Positions 39,501 through 48,903 are shown, numbered from the stretch's first letter. The stretch is 64,000 nt of DNA from Thermoplasmata archaeon (GCA_022750155.1 JAKIWG010000002.1:20947-84946), one strand, 5' to 3'. The notes: generated from the letters alone by a model not told the origin. Translations and numbers: made by a program.

Positions 39501-40865
39501 GGCAGCCACACCGTCACGGCGAGTTTCCCGGCTCCGCTCGCCTTCGTCGGGTTCGAGGCGACCTCCAACCTGACGTTGGTGACGTCCCCCTTCGCGACGA
39601 CGGTGAACGTGCAGGGCGCCGGCACCGTCTACGCGATCTCGACCTGGCCGATCGCGCTCAGCGTGAAGGCCAACGTGACCGGGGGCCGCGCGCCGCTCCC
39701 CGTCTCGTTCTCGAGCGGCGTGGCGGGAGCGAGGGCTCCCTGGACGATCACGTGGAACTTCAATGACGGATCGACCCCGGTGATCGGCGCGTTCGCGAAC
39801 CACACGTTCGCCGTCGCCGGATTCTACAACGTGACGACCACGGTGATGGATTCGGTCGGCGGGAGCGGTTCGATGGTGACGCTGATCAAGGTCCTCCCTC
39901 CGGCCCTCACCGCGCTCGCCGTCGCCAACGTCACGAGCGGGATCGCCCCCCTCACCGTCTCGTTCGTCGGGCACGGGTCGAGCGGCGTCCCGCCCTACAC
40001 CTACAACTGGACCTTCGGAGATGGTAGCGCGAAGGTCATCCAGCAGAACGCCACCCACACGTTCACCAATCCCGGGACGTTCACCGTCAACTTCTACCTC
40101 AATGACAGCGCGCGCCAGCACGTGGTCTTCCCCATGATGATCGTGGCCAGCTCCTCGCTGACCGCTTCGATCGCGGCGTCCCCTCTCTCCGGGGCGGCGC
40201 CGCTCGTCGTGAAATTCCAGGGGGTCGCCCACAAGGGGACCTCGCCGTACACGTACGCCTGGGCGTTCGGGGACGGCGTCGACGCGTCGGGCGCGAACGT
40301 GAGCTACACCTACCGGGTCGCCGGTACCTACAACGTCTCCTTACTGGTCAACGACCGGTTCGGGAGCCTCGCGAGCTCTAGCGTCGAAGTGAACGTCACC
40401 CCGCAGTTCTTCCCGCTCTCGGTCTCGATCGTCGAGTCTTCGGGGAACGTCACGCTCGGAAAATCCGTGACGATCCGCGCCGATGCCACCGGCGGCACCC
40501 CGCCGTACACCTACCTATGGGGAGGCCTGCCCCCGGGTTGTACCGGGGCCGGCGTCTCCTTCACGTGCACCCCGACGGCCAACGGCACCTACCAGCCGAA
40601 CGTCACGGTGGGCGACAGCGCTCCGGGGGACTCGGCCTCGACCACGGTCCAGCTCATCGTCTACAAGTCGCCTTCCACGGGACCCGGCGGCCCGGGCTCC
40701 ACCCCCACCTCGATCACGAGCGCGTCGTCCCTTGCGTGGGTCCCCTATGTGGCGATCGCCGTCCTGATCGGAGCGGGCGTCGTCGCGTTCGCGATGTACC
40801 GGCGACGGCCCCCCTCCTCGGCCGAGGGGGGCTCCGACGACGCGCCCGACCCGGGCGCAGAGTAG
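36549..40865 (+). CDS. Large cell-surface protein with beta-sandwich repeats, PKD domains and a C-terminal TM anchor
   Basis: Signal segment; repeats such as Y.L.A.P..GY....W; three PKD motifs (WNFNDGS, WTFGDGS, WAFGDG); C-terminal TM followed by RRR. Confidence 0.88.
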   Translation: MSREPPRRIGWPRWGPVAIVLIFLLSVLPMPSGFLANGPGLTPAREHPVAAPAAPRAGSHVLSHPLPNQPAPVFHGLAQGAYRSNGVTPASWGGSKLPPGAPIPRNLLSHPANWSDPNGSGINWTALAKFCYGVWPTGGGQAQYLANCYGHDEPGLDPYSNLPGSGGNVSWNITLPTGRNDTEIQSALYSAIWFGMVLTDPYAWMDQCFLELQFYPDSSWGLSQGSAGNWVGAAVAWQIEAATGAEDPCFYQQLTVQGSSNYFNMFGGDNIRVTMTGWIGSPYGENLTITDVTGGGTSFVNLYNSALYYPLDPSYLTSSFPNALQWTPGGELPVSFAFETGHSNSNFPNTNQYGGCSAGPPPPTPTNPSVPCPSYDPGSWANDTVTPWLIQPPVFFNATARETATQVGFTQDFAAILFIDGISNGACLGRDGSAWCSYPWYSFSCLWNAFEFGATDYPGVTRDFGKYNEYPRPFLTDSANLGYYPPGNFSVPGCASPTYSIVIGALGGSGAGTARLLGTGTTTSSNVTGLTVGQYALSAEPSPGYRLIHWVTTGGASVDFTNSPWASLNVTGNGSVTAVFGPITAGTVTIHFVDERGWGWQAIGPGLLYDPVPSTKSLGVNGSITLLPGVYSILGYAKPGFNFTAWQSNNSGASVAADGFPYTWLVVTGSTSVVRINVTFTPSFANASVTISWFGATGAVTFNGQSVGNGAGFSLAVGTYPLVATPSSGNAVGYISAGGIGIVLDQHDATNVTVEAGFVSIVVMFDLAATVTVATAGGDGNVSIDGLPFAGNHSAVVLPAIFAPGEFTLYATEPTGKAFSRWTVANPADLWVVNPNAAVTAIWVNTSSTLTAHYVPAASLYPVVIRISPAGSGSVSLDGGPWTTTSPWFLNLSAGAHLLEVTPGSMYVASWTSAGGLTHSAPPSVYPVGAQLLGVGTKPGWLNGTFTRPSGVYFPVTIVAEDATGKVKIDGVARPNGGTIVLLPGSHTVTASFPAPLAFVGFEATSNLTLVTSPFATTVNVQGAGTVYAISTWPIALSVKANVTGGRAPLPVSFSSGVAGARAPWTITWNFNDGSTPVIGAFANHTFAVAGFYNVTTTVMDSVGGSGSMVTLIKVLPPALTALAVANVTSGIAPLTVSFVGHGSSGVPPYTYNWTFGDGSAKVIQQNATHTFTNPGTFTVNFYLNDSARQHVVFPMMIVASSSLTASIAASPLSGAAPLVVKFQGVAHKGTSPYTYAWAFGDGVDASGANVSYTYRVAGTYNVSLLVNDRFGSLASSSVEVNVTPQFFPLSVSIVESSGNVTLGKSVTIRADATGGTPPYTYLWGGLPPGCTGAGVSFTCTPTANGTYQPNVTVGDSAPGDSASTTVQLIVYKSPSTGPGGPGSTPTSITSASSLAWVPYVAIAVLIGAGVVAFAMYRRRPPSSAEGGSDDAPDPGAE

Positions 40866-40872
40866 CGACGGT

Positions 40873-41556
40873 TCAGTCGGAATCGTCGCGGCGCTCGCGC
40901 CGCCTTGGGGGTCCCCGGCGGTCGCTGAACCCACCACGGCTCGGAGGGCGGCCGGAGCTTCGGAACCCGCCGGGTCGCCCTCGACCGTAGGAGGAGAATC
41001 CCCGGCTGCCGCCCCGCTCCCCGCGTCCGCCATCCGGCGAGCGTCGGGGGAGCGTGAAGCGGTTACCGCAGGAGTCGCAGATCCCCGTCACGCCCCCATC
41101 TTCGTTGGTCTCGAATCGCAGGGGTCCGCCGCACTCCCGGCACGGTCGGGCCCGCTCAGCCCCTCCGCCGCGGCGGTCGCCGCCCCGGTCGTCGTCGCGC
41201 GGACGGGCCCGGAACGCCGGTCGCTCCTCGCGCTCGGTGACCTCTTCCGGGGCGCCCGTGCGCTGGAGCTTGAAGACGAAAGTACGGTCGCAGACGTCAC
41301 ATTCCGCGGAGATCGCCCCGCGTCCCTTGAGCGAGAGCTCCGTCGCGGAGCCGCACTCCGGGCACTTGACCTCGATCGAGGGGGGCATGGAACCCTCCTC
41401 CGCGGAGACCGCGGGAGCCTCGGCCACCAGGGGGGGGCCGCCGGCGGAAAGGATCAGGATGGTGTGCTGGCAGCCCGAGCAGGTTCCCGTCTGCATCTGG
41501 GCGGCGGTGGGCACGAACTCGACTTGGGCGCCGCATTCCGGGCAACTCTTCTCCAT
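40873..41556 (-). CDS. Triple Zn-ribbon protein with Arg/Gly-rich tail
   Basis: Three CxxC-x17-CxxC units; C-terminal RGG/RS low-complexity region. Confidence 0.75.
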   Translation of the reverse strand: MEKSCPECGAQVEFVPTAAQMQTGTCSGCQHTILILSAGGPPLVAEAPAVSAEEGSMPPSIEVKCPECGSATELSLKGRGAISAECDVCDRTFVFKLQRTGAPEEVTEREERPAFRARPRDDDRGGDRRGGGAERARPCRECGGPLRFETNEDGGVTGICDSCGNRFTLPRRSPDGGRGERGGSRGFSSYGRGRPGGFRSSGRPPSRGGFSDRRGPPRRRERRDDSD

Positions 41557-41659
41557 GGGGGACCGGTAACCTGCGACCCGCGCCCCTACATTAGGAGCGC
41601 GCTCCGGCGACGGGGTCGCGGTTTTCCCGGGGACGTCCCGTGCTATCCCGGGCCTCGCC

Positions 41660-42553
41660 TCACGCCTCGAGCTCGAAAACCGCGTGGAGGATCCCGAACT
41701 CCTCCTCCATTCGGCGTCGCAGTTCGCGGACGACGGTCATGGAGGCCTGGACGCTCTGCTCGCTGACCCGGACGTGCGCGGTCATGCAGACCAGCGTCGG
41801 ACACACCGCCCAGACGTGCACGTCGTGCACCTCCTGGACCGAAGGGACCGCGCGCACGCTGTCCATGATCCGGGCGACGGAAAGATGCCTCGGCACCGAC
41901 TCGGTCAGCACCTCCCAGGTCCCGCGGAACAGGGGGAACGACTCGTAGACCAGGATGCCGGCGATCACGAGGGCGGCCCCGGCGTCGGCCGAGAGGTATC
42001 CGGGTCGAAGTAGCAGGACTAACCCGTCGGCGATGAGCGCGCCGGTGATCAGCAGGTCGCTCGCGAGGTGGACGATCACGCTGCGGAGGTTGAGGTCCTG
42101 GACCCTTCGCGGGACCCGGCCGAGGACCGCGAGGCTGACCGCCCGCAGCCCGAGGGTCGGGGCGGCGGCGAACAGGATCCACCACGGGTCTACGGCCCCG
42201 GCGAAGGAGGTGCCGGAACGCAACGCGACGACGGCGGTGAAGGCGAACACGAGGCCGGTTCCCAGCACGAGCGCCCCGTTGAAGAATCCCGCGAACACCT
42301 CGAAACGATGGGCCCCGAACGTGAGCTCGCGGTCGGCCCCCCGCTCGGTCGCGGCGAGGGCGGAGTAGGAGACCGCGAACGCCAGCAGGTCGGGGAGGTT
42401 GTGGACGGCGTCGACGGTCAGGGAGAGGCTGCGCGAGAACAGCGCCCCGATGGATTCGACCACCAGGATCCCGAAGGAGAGGACCACCGCGAGCCGGAGC
42501 CCGCGGATCACGCTCTCCTCGGCTTCGTCCTCGCCGTGGGTCAGCCGAGCCAC
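41660..42553 (-). CDS. Cation diffusion facilitator (CzcD/ZitB-like)
   Basis: SLSLTVDAVHNLPD, TFGAHRFE, HLASD, VHDVHVW, FGILH. Confidence 0.92.
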   Translation of the reverse strand: MARLTHGEDEAEESVIRGLRLAVVLSFGILVVESIGALFSRSLSLTVDAVHNLPDLLAFAVSYSALAATERGADRELTFGAHRFEVFAGFFNGALVLGTGLVFAFTAVVALRSGTSFAGAVDPWWILFAAAPTLGLRAVSLAVLGRVPRRVQDLNLRSVIVHLASDLLITGALIADGLVLLLRPGYLSADAGAALVIAGILVYESFPLFRGTWEVLTESVPRHLSVARIMDSVRAVPSVQEVHDVHVWAVCPTLVCMTAHVRVSEQSVQASMTVVRELRRRMEEEFGILHAVFELEA

Positions 42554-42593
42554 TCGCTCTCCCCGGGGAATCGACGGGTTCGTACGGGGCAGA

Positions 42594-42859
42594 TCCGCCG
42601 GGCCGGGCGCCCCATCCTAGGGGGTCGCGATGCGCGCCCCCGCGACGCAGCGAGTTCCCTCATCAGATGGGGCGCACCTGGGGCTCTGGCCACGGGCTCC
42701 GGAAGTCGGGCGCCACCTTGAGGATGCCCCCGACCCCTCGGAGGCCGGGTGAATCCGGACCAAAGGGCGCTCGACCCTTCGATGAGGCAGGGGCATCCTG
42801 CGGGAGGGCCCCACGGCGCCATCGAGATCGCGACCCTCGGAGGGTCGGGCTCCGGCGGA
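42594..42859 (+). other. Candidate structured non-coding element
   Basis: Nested inverted repeats of 8, 10, 9 and 10 bp in a gene-free interval; no known RNA family motif recognised. Confidence 0.35.
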
Positions 42860-42995
42860 CGCACCGTTCGACCTGCCGTGATGCCCCCGATTCCAATCCC
42901 CGCCGAATCTCGGGGCCCGCATCGCGGCCGCCACAGAACGAAGGAAGAGGTTCGGCGGCGGGGGAGCGATCGCCCTCCCGCCGTCGGGCGAGCGC

Positions 42996-43952
42996 CTACG
43001 CGATGGTGATCGATTGGAGCGTAGCACCGTTCCCTAGCGTGGCCATGTTGACGGTCGCGACCGAGGTCCCGGCCCACGGATGAAGGAGGTTCAGCTGGTC
43101 GGCGAACGCATACGTGTAGAGGTACAGGCTGATGACCAACACGTAGTGGTGGCTCTTGACCATGTACGACCCGTTGGTCCACGACGTGAACGGGGTGGCG
43201 CCGTTCCATGTGAACGCGTTGAATCCGACCGCGTTGTAGCCATACTGGAAGGCGTAGCCGGAGGAACCGGTGGTGTTCGAGCAGGTGGGGGTCCCGTAGT
43301 TGTAGCAGTCGGTGTAGTTCTGCCAGTAGGAGTCGTTGTACGCGTACAACGAGCTCCCGTTGGTGGAGTACCAGGTGTTGTTGTTCAGGTCCTGCAGGTA
43401 CAGGTACATCGAGAAGTCGAGGTAGGCTCCGTCCTGGCAATAGCCGTACGAGTACGAGTTCAACGACGGATTGAAGTTCACGCTCTTCGCCGGGCAGCCA
43501 CCGGTCGTGAACGAATCGAGCGTCGCGAGGTTGAGGGTCCAGCTCGAGCTGATCGAGTGGTTCCCGTTCTTGGAGACCGTGAAGGGAATGGCGATCAGGA
43601 GCCCGCTCTGCGCCGAGGCGGAGGAGGAGCCCCCGACGTAGCTAAGCGACTTGCCGCAGGCCGACGCCGAGGCGGAGTCGACGGCGGAGAGGCCGCCGGT
43701 CGTCGGGCTCCACTTCGGGACGTTGACCTTCGACTTGCCGCACCCGGAGGTAGACGAGGACGAGCTCGGCTGGCTCACGGTGTGCTTGTAGGCGGGCGTC
43801 ATGACCTTGAGGGCATGCACGGCCCCGGCGCCGGCCGGGGCGAGTACCATCAGCAGGGTGACGGCGGCAGCGAACCCGGTGGTTCCGACGGCCATCGCTC
43901 GACCCGACCAAGAGCCCTGGGTTCGTCGCGTGTCTTTCCCGTACTCTCCCAT
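42996..43952 (-). CDS. Secreted Ser/Thr/Asn/Tyr-rich hypothetical protein
   Basis: Signal-like hydrophobic stretch, paired Cys, many N-x-S/T sequons; ATG 43952. Confidence 0.75.
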   Translation of the reverse strand: MGEYGKDTRRTQGSWSGRAMAVGTTGFAAAVTLLMVLAPAGAGAVHALKVMTPAYKHTVSQPSSSSSTSGCGKSKVNVPKWSPTTGGLSAVDSASASACGKSLSYVGGSSSASAQSGLLIAIPFTVSKNGNHSISSSWTLNLATLDSFTTGGCPAKSVNFNPSLNSYSYGYCQDGAYLDFSMYLYLQDLNNNTWYSTNGSSLYAYNDSYWQNYTDCYNYGTPTCSNTTGSSGYAFQYGYNAVGFNAFTWNGATPFTSWTNGSYMVKSHHYVLVISLYLYTYAFADQLNLLHPWAGTSVATVNMATLGNGATLQSITIA

Positions 43953-44091
43953 ATGTATTCTTTCCGGCCTCGAGGTCGACTGCGGCCATCGGCCGAAGGC
44001 CCTTGAGGCGAAGCGGCGAACCGAGTGGGGGTATTTAGCCCTGGGACCAGTCGACTCGGACCGCAGCGGACCCGTGAGCCGGTTCCGTCGG

Positions 44092-44973
44092 TCAAGGTCT
44101 CCCCGTCGATCGCCGTACCGAGGACCGAACGGGGCGGCGAAATGCCCAGCGAAGGAACAGGTGGCTTCCGCCCCTGCGGACCCCGACGAGCGAACCCCAA
44201 CGCGGGTGATCCGGGGCAAATATCCGTCCGGCGACGAGGCCCGGCCGTCCGAGGGGATCCGTGCGTCCCGCGACCTGGGGGGCCAGCGTGAGAAACAGCT
44301 CGTCCAGCAGCTCCTCGGCGAAAAAGTCCCCCATGAGGTGGGGTCCGCCCTCCACCAGAACGAGCCCCCGGATACCGGTCGCCCTGACGGCGCCGAGCAC
44401 CGCGGAGGCTGGAATCCGACCGGAGCGCTGCACGGGCGCGACCTCGACCGACGGGAGATCCTCCGCCCTTCCCAATTTCCTTGCCCCCGAGGTGGTCGTT
44501 ACGATGAGCACGGGGGCTTCACCGCTCGCAAAGACGGGGAGTCGAAGGTCGAGCTCCCCGCTGGACGACACGAACACGTTGAGGGGAACGGGAGGCTTTC
44601 CCGCGCGCCGCCGGAGCTCGTCGTACTCCCAGGCCAACTTCGGATAGACGTGGGAGGCGCTCCAGATGTGCCGCGGGACGGCGCGAAGTGTGCCGGCCCC
44701 GACGACCACCGCGTCTGCCGAGGCGCGAAGGATTCCCATCAGGATCCGGTCCCGCGGGTCGAACCCCGTGATCTCGCCGCCGCTCGATCGCCCGGGCCCC
44801 AGGAGGGCGGTGACACCGTCGAGGGTGGTGGCGAAGTTGGCGATGACGAATGCCGGGGAGCCACTCTTTCGGAGACGCAGGGGGCCGTACACCTCGGAGA
44901 GCCGTCGGGGCAGGTCGACGAGCGGACCTCTCGTGTGATCGAAGAGAAGCTCGAGTCGGGCGAGGCGGGTCAA
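44092..44973 (-). CDS. RibD C-terminal / dihydrofolate reductase family protein
   Basis: VIANFATTLDG, LRASADAVVVGAGT, LVEGGP, LDELFLTLAP. Confidence 0.85.
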   Translation of the reverse strand: MTRLARLELLFDHTRGPLVDLPRRLSEVYGPLRLRKSGSPAFVIANFATTLDGVTALLGPGRSSGGEITGFDPRDRILMGILRASADAVVVGAGTLRAVPRHIWSASHVYPKLAWEYDELRRRAGKPPVPLNVFVSSSGELDLRLPVFASGEAPVLIVTTTSGARKLGRAEDLPSVEVAPVQRSGRIPASAVLGAVRATGIRGLVLVEGGPHLMGDFFAEELLDELFLTLAPQVAGRTDPLGRPGLVAGRIFAPDHPRWGSLVGVRRGGSHLFLRWAFRRPVRSSVRRSTGRP

Positions 44974-45352
44974 TGGACACCGTTCCGAGGAGTGGGTCGA
45001 TTCGGCCGGCGAGTGCGCCGGTGTTGAGCACATCGGGTCATTCGAAGAGCGTCTGGGGAAGTGGCCCGGCCGTATTACGGCAGGGCTCCCAGTTCAGCCC
45101 CTTCCGTAGCCCGGAATGACCGGCGCCTCCCCCGTCGCGTAACCCGTGAGCGGGCGTCCGGCTCGACGGGGCGACGCGGCGGCCGACTCTGGATGACCGA
45201 CACCTTCCCCCGCGTTACAGCGTCCGCGCGATCGGGTCGCCCTGCGCCGTACCACGCGCGCGGTCGGATCGCACCTAGCGCGCGAGGAATCCGGTCGGGG
45301 TGGGAACGCAGCGAATGTCGAGCAGCCATTATGTACGTCGACCGGCTGGTCG

Positions 45353-45820
45353 ATGCCCATGAAGGGTCCGCCAGGCTGGGCGTACAAGGCCTTAGGTATC
45401 CTCACGGGAGTGACGTTGCTCCTCCTCGTAACCCAGTACCTGCTCGGCCTTTGGACCGCTGCATATGCGCCGGCCACTTTCACCAGCGACACGACGTTTC
45501 CATCCCTCGACTGGCACTACAATATCGGGTTCATCCTCGGCCTCCTCTCGATCGCGGTGATCATCGTCGCCGCGCTCAGCCGACAGGTTCGCCTCATCGT
45601 ACCGGCCGTGGTCCTCTTCGTGGCGGTGTTGCTTGCGGGGATGTTCGGTTCCCGATTCGTGGGAACCACTCCCAACGACCCGCGATTCGCTTTCGCGATG
45701 GGCGTGATGTTCCTGGTGGCCTTCGGAGCCGCGATGGGACTCGCGGGTCAGCTCGCCCGGAGGCGCTGGCCTTCGTCGGGTCCAACGTCCCCCGCCGGGG
45801 CCCCGGTCCCATCCAGTTAG
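45353..45820 (+). CDS. Four-TM membrane protein
   Basis: Four hydrophobic helices, QYLLG and H..G motifs; TATA-like TTATGTA about 25 nt upstream. Confidence 0.7.
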   Translation: MPMKGPPGWAYKALGILTGVTLLLLVTQYLLGLWTAAYAPATFTSDTTFPSLDWHYNIGFILGLLSIAVIIVAALSRQVRLIVPAVVLFVAVLLAGMFGSRFVGTTPNDPRFAFAMGVMFLVAFGAAMGLAGQLARRRWPSSGPTSPAGAPVPSS

Positions 45821-46128
45821 TCCCCTAGTGAGGGGCGTCGTTCACATTCGGCGTGCAAACCCTGGTTCGTCCCGGGTTCGGGCATCCCCCGGAGCTTCTC
45901 TGTCGGCCCGGCTTGAGTGAAGACGTAACGAGGAACCCCCGCGGCAACCCGTTCGGGGTGATCGACCGAAAGGACTCGAGGGTGGAAAGCGTGCCCGGCA
46001 GAGGCGAGCGGTCCCCGATTTGGGGGGTGGTACCGCCGGATCTCGAGCGCTGCTCGAATCCGGTAGGGGGAACACTCCTCGCCGCGACGCAGCCACTACT
46101 TTTAAGGCCCCAAGCCCGTGCCGCGTCC

Positions 46129-46911
46129 ATGCGACTGGTCAGCTTGGGCCTACTGGGAACCATCGGCGTGCTCCTCCTCGCCATACTGCCCGCAGCGGGC
46201 GCCGCCGCACCCCTCAGCGGTGTGGTCACGACGTGCAGCTCGACCTGGAGCTGCCAGTTCACCTTCAATACCTCGGCGGGCACGGGCTGGGCCCACGGCG
46301 TCGGGAACGCGGGCTACGGCAGGGCCGGAGTGATTTCTCTCCAGCTCCCGGGCGAGTCGAAGGCCTCGTACAATCTGAGCTACAACACCTGGATCGGCAG
46401 CCTGATCGGCACCTACACCTATTGGACCGAGGGGCAGTTCTTCGGCACCGACGTGAACACGGGGTACGTCGTCTTCGGCAATACCAACACGAACTACACG
46501 ATCACCTGCCACGGCCACAGCGGCCACGGCGGGGGATGCACCTACACGTACACCACGGACAATGGCACGATCGTCGTCCGCTTCACGCACGCCGAGCAGA
46601 CCATGACCTCTCTGTCCTGCTCTCCGACCAGCATCAACGTGGCCGGCAAGACGACCTGCACCGCCACCGTGACGAACCTCTGGAACAGCACGAACTACCC
46701 CGCGGGGAAGATTCACTTCGCGAGTTCGGGCGGAGGAAAGTTCTCGAACATGGGGACGTGTACTCTCTCCTCCAACGGCACCTGCACGTTCACTTGGCAT
46801 CCGTCCGATAATACCTGCAGCTTCTCGACCCTCTCTGCGACCTACGGAGGGACCGCCAAGTTCTACCACAGCAGCGGATCGACGCTCGAGGGCGTCACCG
46901 GCGGTTGCTAG
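46129..46911 (+). CDS. Secreted Cys/Thr-rich protein with C-terminal Ig-like domain
   Basis: Signal peptide; TSLSCSP...CTATVT...GKIHF...CTL...CTFT...ATYGG; TTTTAAG box upstream (leaderless). Confidence 0.75.
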   Translation: MRLVSLGLLGTIGVLLLAILPAAGAAAPLSGVVTTCSSTWSCQFTFNTSAGTGWAHGVGNAGYGRAGVISLQLPGESKASYNLSYNTWIGSLIGTYTYWTEGQFFGTDVNTGYVVFGNTNTNYTITCHGHSGHGGGCTYTYTTDNGTIVVRFTHAEQTMTSLSCSPTSINVAGKTTCTATVTNLWNSTNYPAGKIHFASSGGGKFSNMGTCTLSSNGTCTFTWHPSDNTCSFSTLSATYGGTAKFYHSSGSTLEGVTGGC

Positions 46912-47130
46912 GTACCCCATGGTCGCCCCCGCCTCCCCGTGAGGGGGGGGCCAGCCACGCCAAGCTTGCCACAGGGCCGCGCGCCCCTCGTCGCCGGTTC
47001 CTTCGTCCTCAGGCGACGTGCGTCGCTGGAACCTCGGCCGAGGTCGATTGCCTCGCCGAGAAAGAAGGGGGACGCCCGTGCCGGGAATCGCCCCAAATCT
47101 GAGACTCGAGGGTTCGTTCTCGAGGACGAT

Positions 47131-47358
47131 TCAATCCTCCACCTCGCGTGGCCGATCCGCGACGGCGGCCCTTCCGTGGGCGATGAACCCGATCAAGTCC
47201 TTCGACGACTTTGGTCGATGTCGGCGAACTACCACTTCGCCCTCGCGCACCTCCCAAGCGAGGACGTCCCCCTCCTGGATGCCGACCTCATCTCGGACGG
47301 CCCTGGGGGCCACAGTAAGGTTTCCCTTGGAGACTTCGGACTCGCTGAGAACGGTGAA
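47131..47358 (-). pseudogene. Decayed AbrB/MazE-family antitoxin or regulator
   Basis: SEVSKGNLTVAPRAVRDEVGIQEGDVLAWEV is AbrB-like, but an in-frame TAG (47361-47359) precedes it with no start before the domain; no toxin follows. Confidence 0.55.
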
Positions 47359-47509
47359 CTACAGGAGGCCAACAATGAGTCCTGATCGTCACCAGGTCGC
47401 GCGGTTCTAACAGAGGGAAACGCCCGTGATGGGATTCCCTCCAATTCTAGGGTGTCGGGATTCGTTCATTAGAGACCGAGAGTGCGGATCACGGCCCCGG
47501 CCGCCGAAT

Positions 47510-47911
47510 TCAGATGGTGGTGACCCCCGGCAATCCGGCCAAGGCCGCATCACTGGTGTAGAGTTCGGCGCCAAAGCGGCGCGCAGTGGCGAGGATCTGT
47601 GCATCGGAGAGGTGCAGCCGGTGCGCGAGACTGAAATCCGCGGCCTCGAGGGCGATATCTCGGTCTATCGCAACCACCCGTGTTCGGTCTAAGGCGGCTA
47701 CGTCCCGAAGTGCGGTTTCCTCACCGAGCGCGCCTTTCACCCGCTTGTAGACCTCACACAAAACGACGACCGAGGTGATGATCGCCTGGACGTCCACCCG
47801 ATCAATCACCCGGTTGTAGTCAGGGGCCTTCGGCCCCCCCATGAACCGCTCGATCCACCCATAGCTGTCGATGCAGATGGGGTGCGCCGGTGCCCTATCA
47901 GAATCGGTCAT
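47510..47911 (-). CDS. vapC: VapC PIN-domain toxin
   Basis: IDSYGWIE, E, LSDAQILATA, LYTSD acidic PIN pattern; overlaps the antitoxin gene. Confidence 0.88.
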   Translation of the reverse strand: MTDSDRAPAHPICIDSYGWIERFMGGPKAPDYNRVIDRVDVQAIITSVVVLCEVYKRVKGALGEETALRDVAALDRTRVVAIDRDIALEAADFSLAHRLHLSDAQILATARRFGAELYTSDAALAGLPGVTTI

Positions 47912-48107
47912 TCTTGTCCCGGAGTTCCTTGAGCTCCACGCGCGCGTGCATCCCCTTTGTCTTCTCGAAAGGTGCGATCGGCACCAAGTGGAGCACCCCG
48001 TGCTTGACGATGACGGCGAGTTTGTCTCCGGGCCGAATGTGCTGTTCCCTACGTACTCGTTCGGGGATGACCACCTGGAACTTCGGCGAGACCGTGACCG
48101 CCTCCAT
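47898..48107 (-). CDS. vapB: AbrB/MazE-family antitoxin
   Basis: VTVSPKFQVVIPERVR....IRPGDKL; upstream of vapC. Confidence 0.88.
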   Translation of the reverse strand: MEAVTVSPKFQVVIPERVRREQHIRPGDKLAVIVKHGVLHLVPIAPFEKTKGMHARVELKELRDKNDRF

Positions 48108-48354
48108 GGATGCCGTATGAGTGGCATGACAGGCAGATGGATGATGATTTCGTCGTACGTATGGTCCATCGACAGCCTTGGCGAATTCCTGCCCGACCGC
48201 TTCGAAGTTCGTCCGAGGGAGGCCACTTCAGCCTGGGGAACCCATCTAGGAGGTGGGGGGCATTCACGAATCGGGCACATTGTCTACCCGGGGCAGCTGT
48301 TCCGCTATCGTTTCATCGTCTCAGCCGGAGGGTGAGTCGACCCCTTCCGGAGCC

Positions 48355-48828
48355 CTACCCGAGTGAGCTGACGCGTGCTGGACTACGATGACTAGAGCCG
48401 GCAGAGCCTGCCCCGGGACCTGGAACATAGGAAATGTTGAGCTTAGGGCCCAATAGGCGGATGGGCCCGGTCCCAGAGTCGGGGTGAGAATTCCACCTCG
48501 AGCCGAAGTGGATCAGTGTGAGAAGGACGGGAAGCACATCGGCCCCCTTCTCCGCCAATTGCCATCTCGTGTAGGTCCGAGTTCGCTCCGCTCGGATGAT
48601 GAAGCCGCTTCGCTCGAGCTCGGAAAGCCGCATGGCGAGTATTCGTTTGCTCATCCCGGGGGTCGTTCGAAGCAGCTGGTTGAATCGCTGTGCCCGACCG
48701 AGAGCGATGTTCATCAGAACGAGCAGGGCCCACTTCCGACCTAGTACTCCGAGGCTGGCTTGTACGGGATAGGCCGAGAACTTGAGCTCGATGAAAACAT
48801 GCTGCCGGCGGCGAGATGCTGCGACCAA
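48355..48828 (-). CDS. HxlR-family winged-helix transcription regulator
   Basis: PV..SL.VLGRKW.L..L, RFNQL, MSKR.L..RL.ELE..G.I.R, L.EKG.D..PVL. Confidence 0.88.
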   Translation of the reverse strand: MVAASRRRQHVFIELKFSAYPVQASLGVLGRKWALLVLMNIALGRAQRFNQLLRTTPGMSKRILAMRLSELERSGFIIRAERTRTYTRWQLAEKGADVLPVLLTLIHFGSRWNSHPDSGTGPIRLLGPKLNISYVPGPGAGSAGSSHRSPARVSSLG

Positions 48829-48903
48829 TTCCGACCTACTTCGATTCGCCTACCGACACTTATAGGCCGAGGCTGATAAGGGACTCCAACGGAAGGGGAC
48901 CCA

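Noticed and set aside
42640..42670. CTGATGAG on the minus strand as a hammerhead ribozyme core
   Set aside because: No GAAA follows a stem II, and the other core elements are absent.
45821..46098. Hairpin-rich gap before the secreted Ig-like gene
   Set aside because: One good hairpin (46036-46063), but no coherent fold or family motif I can support.
48140..48200. ATGATGA as the C box of a second C/D sRNA
   Set aside because: No correctly spaced D', C' or D boxes.
48200..48335. Possible gene remnant between vapB and hxlR
   Set aside because: No recognisable motif or start; cannot be supported.
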